Assembly (NCBI GenBank): GCA_030533225.1
Contig: JAUNJO010000001.1
Span: 34,402 to 98,401 of the forward strand
Length of the DNA stretch: 64,000 nucleotides
Direction: 5' to 3'
Origin: Eubacteriales bacterium
Lineage (GTDB): Bacteria; Bacillota; Clostridia; Oscillospirales; Acutalibacteraceae
Shown: in pieces, positions 28,849-38,440 of the stretch
Layout of the letters: each line of letters opens with the position of its first letter
Numbering within the stretch: position 1 is the first letter of the stretch
Notes under the pieces: model-generated
What the model was told of the DNA's origin: nothing
The model's input: only the letters and a program-made list of their open reading frames with translations
Database searches by the model: none
Program-made: the position numbers and the translations under genes

Positions 28849-31020
28849 TTATACGAGTTCCTGCAGGCGATGGGCCAAGCAGGTTCCTCTTTTTTCGGTA
28901 TCTGTTTTCTTTATTGCAATACATAATGCTCTGCGTTCGCCGACGATAATGACCTTTTCCTTGCCACGGGTGATAGCCGTGTACACAAGAGGTCTCGTCA
29001 GCATAATGTGATGAGCGCATTGCAGATTGATAATCACAGACTTGTATTCCGAGCCCTGCGATTTGTGGATGGTCGATGCATAGCCCAGGTCAATCATATC
29101 GAGTTCGCTGGAATCATACTCCTTGGTACGACCGTCACCGAAGTCGATAACGATCGTTGCCTCGTCTCCAAACTTGAAAATACTGCGGATATACCCAATA
29201 TCTCCGTTGTTGACGTCTTCAAAGTTTTTGATTTGCATGACTTTGTCACCGGTTCTAAACTTCCTCTTTCCACAGGAAACCTCCTGTTTGCCTGCCTCAG
29301 GGGGATTGACCATCTCCCGAAGCATTTCGTTGAGTGCGTTTACACCGGTTTCTGTTTTCTGACGGTAGGGACTTAACAGTGCCACGTTGTCCACGCCGAA
29401 CCTTGCAACCTCTTGCATATACAACGCCGCGATGCGATTGGCTGAGTCTGACATACTGGCAGAGTCTACGAAGTGAAAATCGCTTCCGTACTCCAGACTC
29501 AGATTGCCGTGTCTGATCAGCTTTGCATTCACTGCAATGCGGCTGCCATCGGTTTGGCGGAACACTCTGTCCAGTCTGACAACCGGGATACGTGCGCTGG
29601 CGATCATCTCGCTGAGCACAGCACCGGGTCCGACGGATGGTAGCTGGTCCGAATCTCCAATCAGAACAATTTGTGCATTTGCCTTTACCGCTTCGAGAAG
29701 TCTTCCGGCAAGATGGATATCCATCATTGACACCTCATCCACAAGAATGATATCGGCATCCAGTGCCATTGGCTCTCCGTAATCTCCGTCCTCACCGGCC
29801 ATAAGGCCCAACGCTTTGTGTATCGTTGCGGCTTCAAGACCTGTTGATTGCTCCATTCTTCGAGCAGCACGCCCGGTGGGAGCACACAAGCAAATCTCTT
29901 TGCGTGGATTATAACGACGATAGATATCAAGAATAGCACGAAGAATCATGCTCTTTCCGGTTCCGGGGCCTCCGGTAATGACTGATAAGCCCTGTGTCAA
30001 CGCCATCTTCACAGCCTCACGCTGTTCAGGTGCCAGTTTGAGCTTCAAGCGAAGCTCTTCGGCATCCAAATCAGCTTCCAAATCACCATATGAATGGCTC
30101 CTGGCACTGCGCATCTGCCGGGATAGCAGTTCAGCCAGGTTGCTTTCGGCATAGGCTGTTTTACTGCGATAAACATTCCCTTGGTAAGAAACAAGTTTTC
30201 CGCTATAAATGAGTCTGGCGGCTCGATTTGCCACCATATCCTCAGTGAGCTGCGGCGTATCCAGTATTTTTAGGCAAGCCTTTACGAATGCGTGCTTTTC
30301 CATGCAAAGATTTCCTTTGCCTTCTGCATCGGTAAGCGTGTAGAGGATCCCTTCGTCCACGCGTTCAGTCGAGAGCTGGTCAAATCCCATACTCATTGCG
30401 ATTTTATCGGCGGTTCTGAAACCAATGCCGGCAATCTCGCACAACTGATACGGATGGTTCTTGACGATCTCCATCGTTTTCTCACCGTACTCCTTATACA
30501 GCTTTACAGCCCTGTTGGGTGTGACGCCGTGCGGCGACAGAAAAGCCACCACATCACGTGCCCCTCGGTTTGCCATATAGGAGTCACAGATTTTCTTCAG
30601 CTTATTAGAGCTGATTCCGGAAATAGTCAGCAATCGTTCCGGTTCCTTATCCAGAACCTCAAGTGCTGCAAGGCCAAAAGCATCGAAGATCTTTTCAGCC
30701 ATTTTAGGACCGATACCCTTGATTTGACCTGAGGACAGGTAGGCAATGATACCTTCTCGCGTCGGTGTGATTACCTCATCGTAGGTTTCAACCTCAAACT
30801 GAACTCCGTGCTTCGGATTTTTGGACCAGTGTCCCTGTAATTCGTAACGCTGTTTGTCAGCAATCGGAAGACCGTAGCCAACCGCTTTAACCTGCGTCAC
30901 AAGGTCTCCTGCAGAGTCTTTTATCTTCTCACACGGTCGATACACGGCAATCATAAAACTACCGGCATCAATCGTTGAGACGCTCTGAGGATAGATTAGT
31001 CTTTCAAACTGACATAACAA
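28849..31020 (-). CDS. recD2: RecD2-like SF1B 5'-3' helicase
   Basis: HhH repeats (IKGIGPKMA, IAGIGFRTAD), GGPGTGKS, DEVSM, GDSDQLPSVGPG, HKSQGSE, YTAITR; TTG start with RBS. Confidence 0.93.
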   Translation of the reverse strand: MLCQFERLIYPQSVSTIDAGSFMIAVYRPCEKIKDSAGDLVTQVKAVGYGLPIADKQRYELQGHWSKNPKHGVQFEVETYDEVITPTREGIIAYLSSGQIKGIGPKMAEKIFDAFGLAALEVLDKEPERLLTISGISSNKLKKICDSYMANRGARDVVAFLSPHGVTPNRAVKLYKEYGEKTMEIVKNHPYQLCEIAGIGFRTADKIAMSMGFDQLSTERVDEGILYTLTDAEGKGNLCMEKHAFVKACLKILDTPQLTEDMVANRAARLIYSGKLVSYQGNVYRSKTAYAESNLAELLSRQMRSARSHSYGDLEADLDAEELRLKLKLAPEQREAVKMALTQGLSVITGGPGTGKSMILRAILDIYRRYNPRKEICLCAPTGRAARRMEQSTGLEAATIHKALGLMAGEDGDYGEPMALDADIILVDEVSMMDIHLAGRLLEAVKANAQIVLIGDSDQLPSVGPGAVLSEMIASARIPVVRLDRVFRQTDGSRIAVNAKLIRHGNLSLEYGSDFHFVDSASMSDSANRIAALYMQEVARFGVDNVALLSPYRQKTETGVNALNEMLREMVNPPEAGKQEVSCGKRKFRTGDKVMQIKNFEDVNNGDIGYIRSIFKFGDEATIVIDFGDGRTKEYDSSELDMIDLGYASTIHKSQGSEYKSVIINLQCAHHIMLTRPLVYTAITRGKEKVIIVGERRALCIAIKKTDTEKRGTCLAHRLQELV

Positions 31021-31054
31021 TTTTTTTGCTCCTTTCTTTGAAAGATTTGGAAAC

Positions 31055-31099
31055 AAAAAAACTCCTGAATACAACAGTTAAACTGTGTTCCAAGAGTTT
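31055..31099 (-). terminator. Internal intrinsic terminator upstream of recD2
   Basis: Long stem AAACTCTTGGA...TTCAGGAGTTT followed by T tract on the minus strand. Confidence 0.7.
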
Positions 31100-31121
31100 G
31101 TTTTGAATCGGCATTGGCGCA

Positions 31122-31646
31122 TCATTTGAACATCGCCGCCTGTTCCATGTATGATATTGGGTTGGATAAAGACATCGGAATGTGGTTGCTCTCCAGCTTC
31201 ACGGTTTTCTTATCGCCGTTCTTCTGGGTAACGAGCTTCTGCACTTCCAGATAAAGCATATCGTCAAATACGATGATAGGCATTCTGAGCATCGCAGCAT
31301 TTGCAATTTCGCTCTTCATCCCATTGCTGATACGGTTGCCGCATACAAGCAGCACGTCGCTTCTTTCAAGCAACTCAATGCCAAATTTCAATGCGATTGC
31401 TCGCTCATTCGGCATGTTGTCACACAGAAGCATCGGCAGATACGCGTGTGGCGCTCTTACACACATATTCAACTTCTTCATCGCATAAAACATATACGCT
31501 CTCGCTGTGCGCATATTTTGAAGCATTCCTTCTTTATCTTCTGCGCTGAACGGTGAGCATACATATGCTTTCTTCCTGCATTTGTCCTCCGCTAAGAACT
31601 GATACATCAATTCTTGCTCCCAATAATCGTGATAAATGTTTTCCAT
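31122..31646 (-). CDS. DUF4406 / nucleoside-deoxyribosyltransferase-like protein
   Basis: AYVCSPF, APHAYLP, ELLERSDVLLVCG.RISNGM..EI. Confidence 0.7.
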   Translation of the reverse strand: MENIYHDYWEQELMYQFLAEDKCRKKAYVCSPFSAEDKEGMLQNMRTARAYMFYAMKKLNMCVRAPHAYLPMLLCDNMPNERAIALKFGIELLERSDVLLVCGNRISNGMKSEIANAAMLRMPIIVFDDMLYLEVQKLVTQKNGDKKTVKLESNHIPMSLSNPISYMEQAAMFK

Positions 31647-31658
31647 TTCTGCTCCTTT

Positions 31659-32696
31659 CTATATCGGTTGAACCGATACCTTGACCTTCCGGCTGTGAGA
31701 AGTGCTCAGAACATCCTCGTAGATGGTAGGATATCTTTCCTTAAGCACTTTCGAATCCGGACGTTTACTTGTTCGTGTTACGAAGTCGATGAGAAGCTTG
31801 TCACTGGTCGTCTCTAAAACGCCGTGCTCGTGGTTCTTCATTACTTCGGCAATTCGCACGCTGTGTGCCTCGATCTCCTTTTCATAGGTTTTGATTTCTG
31901 CGTTACAGTCTGCAATTTTGCCCTGAAGCAATGCAATCCTGCGCAGAGAAGGCTCGTATTTTGGCGAGAATTCGATACTGGGAAGGCCTTTGGTACTGGG
32001 GCCCATAATACGGGCAAGGGATTCCAAAGCCAGTTTGGGCGCAACACCTGCCATTGTAGGCGGTTTGTCGTGCTCCAAGCTCCAGATCCATTCATCCAAT
32101 CGCTCAAAGATCATATCTTCCTTTGCTCTGTCTCTTACGATATCCGGCATAGCCAAATCGTTATCCGGGTTGTTGCCCCAGATGGCAGAGAAAGCACCGA
32201 TTTCAACGTCAGCAACAGCCAGATAAAATCTAAGCTGCAGCTCATAGTACAGAGGAATGGCACCGTCGGCCCATTCGTCAGATTTGTGGAAGGTGCAACT
32301 CTTGCATTCCAAGATGCCCGGCTCTCCATCACTCGCACGTGTAAAACGGCGGTCAAAGTTTGCCAAAGCATAGGGGTGGTCTGCGTGCTGATACAGGTTT
32401 GTATCTACCGTTACGATATTGCCGGTCTTTTTGGCGTACCAATGAGCCGCAATCGGTTCCAGAAGATGTCCCATCTCCAGCTGATTTGCATTTGCCTTCT
32501 TAGGTGGCTTCATACGCCCTTTTTTAATGTTCCAGAGCTCAAGAGGCGTGGTCCAGGGAGAAACACCGAATATTGCCGCAACATCACTGCCGCCGACTGT
32601 ATACGGGATTTTACCGTGTGGTCCGTGCATACGAGCTTCCAGCCATTCTTCATTTGTCATGCCTGCGGTATCGCAAAGGATAATCGGTGCTGCCAT
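31659..32696 (-). CDS. yqaJ: YqaJ / lambda-exonuclease family nuclease
   Basis: VGGSDVAAIFG, GHLLEP, ANFDR, LECKS, QLRFY. Confidence 0.92.
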   Translation of the reverse strand: MAAPIILCDTAGMTNEEWLEARMHGPHGKIPYTVGGSDVAAIFGVSPWTTPLELWNIKKGRMKPPKKANANQLEMGHLLEPIAAHWYAKKTGNIVTVDTNLYQHADHPYALANFDRRFTRASDGEPGILECKSCTFHKSDEWADGAIPLYYELQLRFYLAVADVEIGAFSAIWGNNPDNDLAMPDIVRDRAKEDMIFERLDEWIWSLEHDKPPTMAGVAPKLALESLARIMGPSTKGLPSIEFSPKYEPSLRRIALLQGKIADCNAEIKTYEKEIEAHSVRIAEVMKNHEHGVLETTSDKLLIDFVTRTSKRPDSKVLKERYPTIYEDVLSTSHSRKVKVSVQPI

Positions 32697-33838
32697 CAGT
32701 AGCTCACCGCCTTTGCAAGGTCGAAGTCTGACCATTTAAGAGTAAGGGCCCTTGCCATGTTTTCCTCAACCTCCAGCATTTTGCTTTCAGGTGTACACTG
32801 GGTTTTGAGGATAAACGGAATTTCCTGCAGCGCAAGAAAAACGTCGTGTGCCGTTGCCGGTCCGTCGCCGTATGCCATCTCAAACATCGAGATTGCTTCG
32901 ACTGCGGCCTTTTTCGGCAAACTCAGTTTCTTGCAGACTCTTGTCATCGCATTGACCGGATAGTCAAGGTTGATTTCCAGTAATGCTTCCAGTTTGGCAA
33001 TCATATCTCCAAACTGGGCGAAGAGCTGATCAAGGACATCGGTAAAGTCCGAAATCTTGGACTGATGTCTATGATCAACGGCAACGCATTTCCCGATATG
33101 AATCGGATGCTGTCCGCCGACAAGAAGTGCAGAGACTTTCGCGGATGCGACGCCGGTGTCCGAGGTCATAAATCGGATACCCGGAGTCAGTTTGGAGGCA
33201 TACGCTCCTTTGCCCGATGCAGTTAGTGTCTTGACGTAAGCACCAAGCAATTCTTCACGCTGTTTCGGCATTCTCCAGGATGCACTGACTAAGGAATGAT
33301 CACAGTAGCCGGCTTCAAATTCACTGCCGGGAAATCTGTCATCAAGCTTAGCTTTCAGTGTGGTAAGCAGCTCGTTAATCGGAAGAATGGAATAATCCAC
33401 ACTGTCACCGGAGTGTACAGCAGAAATCTTCTCATCTCTGATCAACAGGAGTGCTTCAGCCGGGAATAATTGAAGGCAGGCATTCAGAACGTTGGCAAGA
33501 ACATCGCGGCCAAGCTTAGGCAATGCGGTTCCTCCAATTTTAGCCCTGTCTAAAAGGCTCTTGTAGGCCGTCTCTCGAACGGGATATAAATCTCCGTTTA
33601 CTCGAATGGCAAGCCCGAGGTTTTCAGCCGTATCGTCTACGGCCTCTTGTGTGACACCGGAGGCAAAATCACTGAGACTTCCATAAAGCGGCGAAGACTT
33701 GTCAAGCGGCTCAACCTGCAGGGTGTTAACCTGACATCTGTGCCACAGACTTTGCTTAGCCTGTTCTTCGTGGTAGTCCAGCATATCCTCATAGGTGCCA
33801 AACGTGTTGTGATAGCTGTCCTGACATTGTTTTAGCAT
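32696..33838 (-). CDS. Conserved ICE protein, possibly DUF932-like
   Basis: First gene of the operon, coupled to yqaJ; family call from overall resemblance only. Confidence 0.5.
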   Translation of the reverse strand: MLKQCQDSYHNTFGTYEDMLDYHEEQAKQSLWHRCQVNTLQVEPLDKSSPLYGSLSDFASGVTQEAVDDTAENLGLAIRVNGDLYPVRETAYKSLLDRAKIGGTALPKLGRDVLANVLNACLQLFPAEALLLIRDEKISAVHSGDSVDYSILPINELLTTLKAKLDDRFPGSEFEAGYCDHSLVSASWRMPKQREELLGAYVKTLTASGKGAYASKLTPGIRFMTSDTGVASAKVSALLVGGQHPIHIGKCVAVDHRHQSKISDFTDVLDQLFAQFGDMIAKLEALLEINLDYPVNAMTRVCKKLSLPKKAAVEAISMFEMAYGDGPATAHDVFLALQEIPFILKTQCTPESKMLEVEENMARALTLKWSDFDLAKAVSY

Positions 33839-33951
33839 AGTACATGCTCCTTTCTTTTGTGACGGAATTACCCGCCCTGATATATAACAAAAACCAGCAA
33901 CCTCGAAAGACTGCTGGTTTGTGCCCAATTATATAGAATTGGTCCGGAAAC

Positions 33952-34075
33952 AAAAAAAGTGCCATTCACCCAAATAGGTAAATGACACTGTGAAAACTCT
34001 GATAACTGTGTTCGGTACACGACCAAACTCTGATACTAACACAATTATTATAGCAGATTGTTTCCCAATAGTCAA
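33952..34075 (-). promoter_or_regulatory. Conserved leader copy 1: promoter, hairpin flanked by TATCAGA repeats, terminator
   Basis: TTGACT-17-TGnTATAAT (34075-34047); 60 bp identical to copy 2; terminator stem + T7. Confidence 0.85.
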
Positions 34076-34111
34076 TCTTTTCGCAAAAGAAAGGAGCTTA
34101 ATGCCTTCAAA

Positions 34112-34231
34112 TCAGCGTTTCTTTGGCTCTCTGTTCGCCACTCTCGTGTTATTGATCATAATAACACAGGCAATGAAAAAGCCGATAGCACCGCCTACAA
34201 CGACACCACCGGCGAAGATTAACCAACCCAT
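34112..34231 (-). CDS. 39-aa membrane peptide (DUF3789-like), absent from the ORF track
   Basis: MGWLIFAGGVVVGGAIGFFIACVIMINNTRVANREPKKR; RBS AGGAGG. Confidence 0.7.
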   Translation of the reverse strand: MGWLIFAGGVVVGGAIGFFIACVIMINNTRVANREPKKR

Positions 34232-34326
34232 AGCATACCTCCTTATTTATGATATAGAGAAAGGACGCTGCACGAGGCAACGTCCTTGTGTTAACTTATA
34301 TTAGAACCTTACAGACTGGAGTTTGT

Positions 34327-34557
34327 TTATTTCTTTTTTATCGTTTGAGGAATTATCGCAAGTACCGCACCTACTACGAAAGAAACAATTACTTTAACAA
34401 AGGCATTATGTCTTATACTTTCAATAAAATATTCCATAGGTTCAGCAGCAAGTTTGATTCTAAATTGGGGCAAAAAACACATTAGCAAATATGCCGCTAT
34501 AAACCCTAAACAAAACAAAATGATTGATAACCATATCTTCTTATTCATACAAACCAA
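34327..34557 (-). CDS. Small two-TM hypothetical protein
   Basis: Two hydrophobic segments; AT-rich patch. Confidence 0.55.
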   Translation of the reverse strand: MVCMNKKIWLSIILFCLGFIAAYLLMCFLPQFRIKLAAEPMEYFIESIRHNAFVKVIVSFVVGAVLAIIPQTIKKK

Positions 34558-34774
34558 CTCCCATACAGACTTCTAATTTACTTGATTCATTCATACTGTG
34601 AATGCGATATAATCAGCCATATCAAACCAAAATCACTCGCATATGGCTGACTATAAGACTACACAGACACATCATCTATACTAATAACATTACGAAGATG
34701 CCGCTATATTCAGTCGTCAGCAAATAGATATCTCCAATTGCAAATCTTCTCCTTGTTAAATTAGCAGTGGTTGA

Positions 34775-35617
34775 TCAGATATTAAGCAATTTTGCAACTT
34801 CTTCTACCGTATCGAGAACGATATGGAAGTCCAACTCGCCGATATATTTGTTTTCTGCAACGTAGTTATTCCACAGCAGGACCATTTGAGGTTCTTCACG
34901 AATGTCCTTCAGGATATCTTTCCAGTCGTTCATATCCTGAACCGAGTCACGCTTTTGTGCCGTATGTAAAACAGCAGCTTTCAAAACATCAGGGCGAACT
35001 TCATTTTGACGGCTACGGTAAAGGGTGTGCAGATCGTAATAATCTCTGGCTCTTGTGGTACCGATATTACGGCGAATAATCGTCTCGTATTTCTCGGCAA
35101 GGATAGTTTCCAGGGTATATGCCATAACGGGAACCGACTTTTCATCAAACAGCATCGGGAAGTCATACTGAATCGCCGCCGGAGTAATAACGTCACCGGT
35201 GGTAACGTCTATTTTCATCGGGCTATCGATTTTGCCGTATTTTGCACGAAGGTGGACGCGGAAGTTATTGTATGCATCATCCTCGCGGATCGGCTCGATG
35301 CTTTGATATTCAAATACGATACCGTCGTTTACATCTACAGCCAAAATCTCTTGGATGGCCTTAACGATTTCATCTTCTTCCATCTGAATACCGCGCACGG
35401 TAGTATCCATATCCATCGTTGTACGCTCACCAATTCCAATCATGGAAGAGATCAGCAGACCGCCCTTGAGAATGAAATTATTCTTATAAGCAGAGTTTGC
35501 CAAACGTTCCAATACACGCTCAAAGAGAAACATTTGCAGAATTTCTTGAGCACGAAGGTTTTTCTTCGCTGCCATACTGCGTATAGTTCCTTTTAATTGC
35601 TCCGGTGTTTTCATCAC
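34775..35617 (-). CDS. abiEii: AbiEii nucleotidyltransferase toxin (type IV TA)
   Basis: FILKGGLL, RTTMDMD, IDVTTGD, EKYETI, RARDYYD. Confidence 0.92.
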   Translation of the reverse strand: MMKTPEQLKGTIRSMAAKKNLRAQEILQMFLFERVLERLANSAYKNNFILKGGLLISSMIGIGERTTMDMDTTVRGIQMEEDEIVKAIQEILAVDVNDGIVFEYQSIEPIREDDAYNNFRVHLRAKYGKIDSPMKIDVTTGDVITPAAIQYDFPMLFDEKSVPVMAYTLETILAEKYETIIRRNIGTTRARDYYDLHTLYRSRQNEVRPDVLKAAVLHTAQKRDSVQDMNDWKDILKDIREEPQMVLLWNNYVAENKYIGELDFHIVLDTVEEVAKLLNI

Positions 35618-36210
35618 AATACCTCCATATAGGTTCTGATTTTATCTTCGATCCCGAAAACCTTTCCGTACTTCAAAAGCTTTCGGTTGTTTGGTTTTGA
35701 TTTGAAATAATCTTTAATTGCCTGAGAGTATAGTTGCAAGTCAATCTGATTCTTATCCCGAATCAAATCGCAAATACAACGCTCTCTATCATACAAGCGC
35801 ACTGTTGCGCCTTGAGGAGAGGTTGTTTCTGTAATTCCCAATTCATAGATCTCCGGCTGAACATAGTGACAGCGGAGATTGGGATTATCTCTCTTTAATC
35901 GGCTGATGTTTTTTCCCTGTGGCACGGTGACGTCGAAGGTGTGGGGTGTTCGATCTGACAGTCCCCATAAGTATAATGCTGTGCCATAAGAAAAGACAAC
36001 CTTGTCATACTGTATTTGAATCATCGCAAATTCATCGGCAAGATCATCCGCAAGCACATAAAGACCTTTACGGATTTGAGCAAGCTTGCCGCTTTCCATA
36101 TATTTGCGAAGCATTGGTCTGCTGATTCCTGCAGCTTCTACAGCGCTTGTTTTTATTAAGCCATTATTTTCATTTGCGATCCTTTGAATTTCATTCCAAA
36201 TGCTATCCAT
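35614..36210 (-). CDS. abiEi: AbiEi antitoxin / transcriptional repressor
   Basis: N-terminal wHTH, IRKGLY, SYGTALYLWGL, YDRERCICDL; overlaps the toxin start. Confidence 0.9.
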   Translation of the reverse strand: MDSIWNEIQRIANENNGLIKTSAVEAAGISRPMLRKYMESGKLAQIRKGLYVLADDLADEFAMIQIQYDKVVFSYGTALYLWGLSDRTPHTFDVTVPQGKNISRLKRDNPNLRCHYVQPEIYELGITETTSPQGATVRLYDRERCICDLIRDKNQIDLQLYSQAIKDYFKSKPNNRKLLKYGKVFGIEDKIRTYMEVL

Positions 36211-36230
36211 GAGAACACACCTCCAAAAGC

Positions 36231-36279
36231 ATTTACATTCTTGCTTTACATTATACATTATTAAAGCACGAATGTAAAT
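36231..36279. promoter_or_regulatory. 18-bp inverted repeat, probable AbiEi operator
   Basis: ATTTACATTCTTGCTTTA (36231-48) vs TAAAGCACGAATGTAAAT (36262-79), 17/18 match. Confidence 0.75.
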
Positions 36280-36345
36280 AGTTTTTCTAAAATTTAGTGT
36301 GTCCTAATTGATACCTATTATTCACAAATAAAAAAACAGAGAAAA

Positions 36346-36672
36346 TTACTCGACATCTTCAGATGTCAGTTTGCCGGTTTTCTTATATCGAAGTCCTTCA
36401 GGAGAATCGAAAACTTCTTCTCCAAAAGTATAATCTCCATGATAGAATTTCGTAATATCCATTTCCAAAGCCTCGATTATACGACAAGCGAGTTCAAAAG
36501 AACTGGACATTATTCTGCGTTCTCCGCTTTCAAATTTTTGATATTGCTGTAAAACCACCTTGGCTCTATCTGCAACTTGCTTTTGCGTCAAGCCCAAGAT
36601 AACTCTTCTTTCTCTTAAAATATCACAGGGCTTAAAGTGTGCAATTTGAAATCCACTATAATCAAAATCCAT
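36346..36672 (-). CDS. XRE-family HTH regulator with its own promoter
   Basis: LRERRVILGLTQKQVADRA...QKFESGER; TTGACA-17-TAATAT and palindrome TACATTCA-AC-TGAATGTA upstream. Confidence 0.88.
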   Translation of the reverse strand: MDFDYSGFQIAHFKPCDILRERRVILGLTQKQVADRAKVVLQQYQKFESGERRIMSSSFELACRIIEALEMDITKFYHGDYTFGEEVFDSPEGLRYKKTGKLTSEDVE

Positions 36673-36784
36673 GTTCTTTTCTCCTTACATTCAGTTGAAT
36701 GTATTTATATTACACCCAATTGAGTGCATTGTCAATAGTTTTTTGAAAATCCATGAAAAAAGGGTGTCACCGAAGTGACACCCT

Positions 36785-38382
36785 CAGACTGTAGACAAAG
36801 TCCCGAAAGGGGCTTTGTTTTTTGCAAAAAAAATGAAAAAAGAGGTAAAGTATGGTATAATTAAGATATAAAAGAGGTGCCGGAAATGCTGAATAAAAGT
36901 GAAGAAAAACGAAATCAAATACAAATGTTTTGTATAGAGGATTTAGTACCGAAAGACCATTTATTAAGGAAAATAGAAAGAGCAATAGATTGGAGCTTTA
37001 TCTATGAATTGGTTGAGGATAAATACAGCTTAGACAACGGCAGACCGAGCATAAACCCGGTTACACTCATAAAAATACCGATTATACAATATTTGTACGG
37101 AATAAAAAGTATGAGGCAAACCATAAAGGAAATAGAAGTAAATGTCGCATACCGTTGGTTCTTAGGATTGGATTTAACAGATAAAGTGCCACATTTCTCA
37201 ACTTTCGGAAAAAACTATGTACGCAGATTTAAAGATACAGATATATTTGAACAGATATTCAGCCGAATACTTGAAGAATGTATAAAGCACGGGTTGGTAA
37301 AACCCAAAGAAGTATTTGTAGATGCAACACATGTAAAAGCGTGTGCCAACAACAAAAAGGTTACAACTGAAATTGTAAAGCAGGAAGCAATGTTTTATGA
37401 AGAACAATTAGAGAAAGAAATTAATTTTGACCGAGCCAATCATGGTAAAAAGCCTCTTAAAGATAAGAAGTATGACGACGATGACAATAACAATAACAGT
37501 GGTTCTTCATCGGGCGGGAACTTTAAAGAGGAAAAATGCAGCACAAGCGACCCGGAGAGCGGTTGGTTTCATAAAGGCGAGCATAAACAGGTATTTGCAT
37601 ATTCAATAGAAACCGCCTGTGACAAACATGGTTGGATATTAGGATACACTGTAAACAGGGGAAATCTTCACGACAGCAGAACATTTAAAGGACTCTATGA
37701 CAAGATAAAAAATCCTGAGATAGAAACAATAATAGCGGACGCAGGATACAAAACACCGGCAATAGCAAAGCTTTTAATAGACGATGGAATAGAACCATTA
37801 TTTCCATACAAGCGACCACAGACTAAAGACGGCTTTTTCAAAAAATATGATTATGTATATGATGAATACTTTGACTGTTATATATGTCCGAATAACAAAA
37901 TCTTAAATTACTCAACAACAAACCGAGAGGGATACCGAGAATACAAGAGTTGTCCACAGGACTGTGAAAAATGTCCGTATTTATCTCAGTGTACAGAAAG
38001 CCAAAACCATGTAAAAGTAGTTACGCAACATATCTGGGAAAATTACCTTGAAATATGCGAAGATATTCGGCACACAAAGGGAAACAAAGAACTTTATAGT
38101 AAAAGAAAAGAAACCATAGAACGACTTTTTGGCACAGCCAAAGAGCATCACGGCTTCAGATATACGCAAATGGTAGGCAAGGCTAAAATGGAAATGAAGG
38201 TCGGGCTTACTTTTGCATGCCTAAATCTTAAAAAGTTAGCAAAAATACTGGATAGAAAACAGGGATATACTGACTTTTCACGAGATTTATTTGATGTTTT
38301 ATTAAATTTTCTTTATTTCAATTCACAAAAAGAAAAAAGCAGATTTTCTGTTGCTTAGAAAATCTGCTTTGTCTACAGACTG
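36785..38382 (+). mobile_element. IS1182-family insertion sequence with 16-bp terminal IRs and 24-bp target duplication
   Basis: IRL CAGACTGTAGACAAAG, IRR CTTTGTCTACAGACTG; DR AGGGTGTCACCGAAGTGACACCCT at 36761-36784 and 38383-38406. Confidence 0.92.
36877..38358 (+). CDS. tnp: IS1182-family DDE transposase
   Basis: DLVPKDHLLRKI, GRPSINP, FVDATHVKA, ADAGY, RKETIERLFG. Confidence 0.95.
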   Translation: MPEMLNKSEEKRNQIQMFCIEDLVPKDHLLRKIERAIDWSFIYELVEDKYSLDNGRPSINPVTLIKIPIIQYLYGIKSMRQTIKEIEVNVAYRWFLGLDLTDKVPHFSTFGKNYVRRFKDTDIFEQIFSRILEECIKHGLVKPKEVFVDATHVKACANNKKVTTEIVKQEAMFYEEQLEKEINFDRANHGKKPLKDKKYDDDDNNNNSGSSSGGNFKEEKCSTSDPESGWFHKGEHKQVFAYSIETACDKHGWILGYTVNRGNLHDSRTFKGLYDKIKNPEIETIIADAGYKTPAIAKLLIDDGIEPLFPYKRPQTKDGFFKKYDYVYDEYFDCYICPNNKILNYSTTNREGYREYKSCPQDCEKCPYLSQCTESQNHVKVVTQHIWENYLEICEDIRHTKGNKELYSKRKETIERLFGTAKEHHGFRYTQMVGKAKMEMKVGLTFACLNLKKLAKILDRKQGYTDFSRDLFDVLLNFLYFNSQKEKSRFSVA

Positions 38383-38440
38383 AGGGTGTCACCGAAGTGA
38401 CACCCTCATAAACGGATACTATGAGCTATTCGCTCTTAGG

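Noticed and set aside
25467-32702. Long plus-strand ORFs (e.g. 25467-26171, 31824-32702; likewise 44579-45400 and 3195-3848)
   Set aside because: Antisense shadows of well-supported minus-strand genes, with no motifs or RBS.
33990-34304. Plus-strand ORFs here and at 47993-48175 sharing the peptide KTLITVFGTRPNSDTNT
   Set aside because: They are antisense read-outs of the repeated leader. They have no RBS, and copy 3 does not preserve the peptide.
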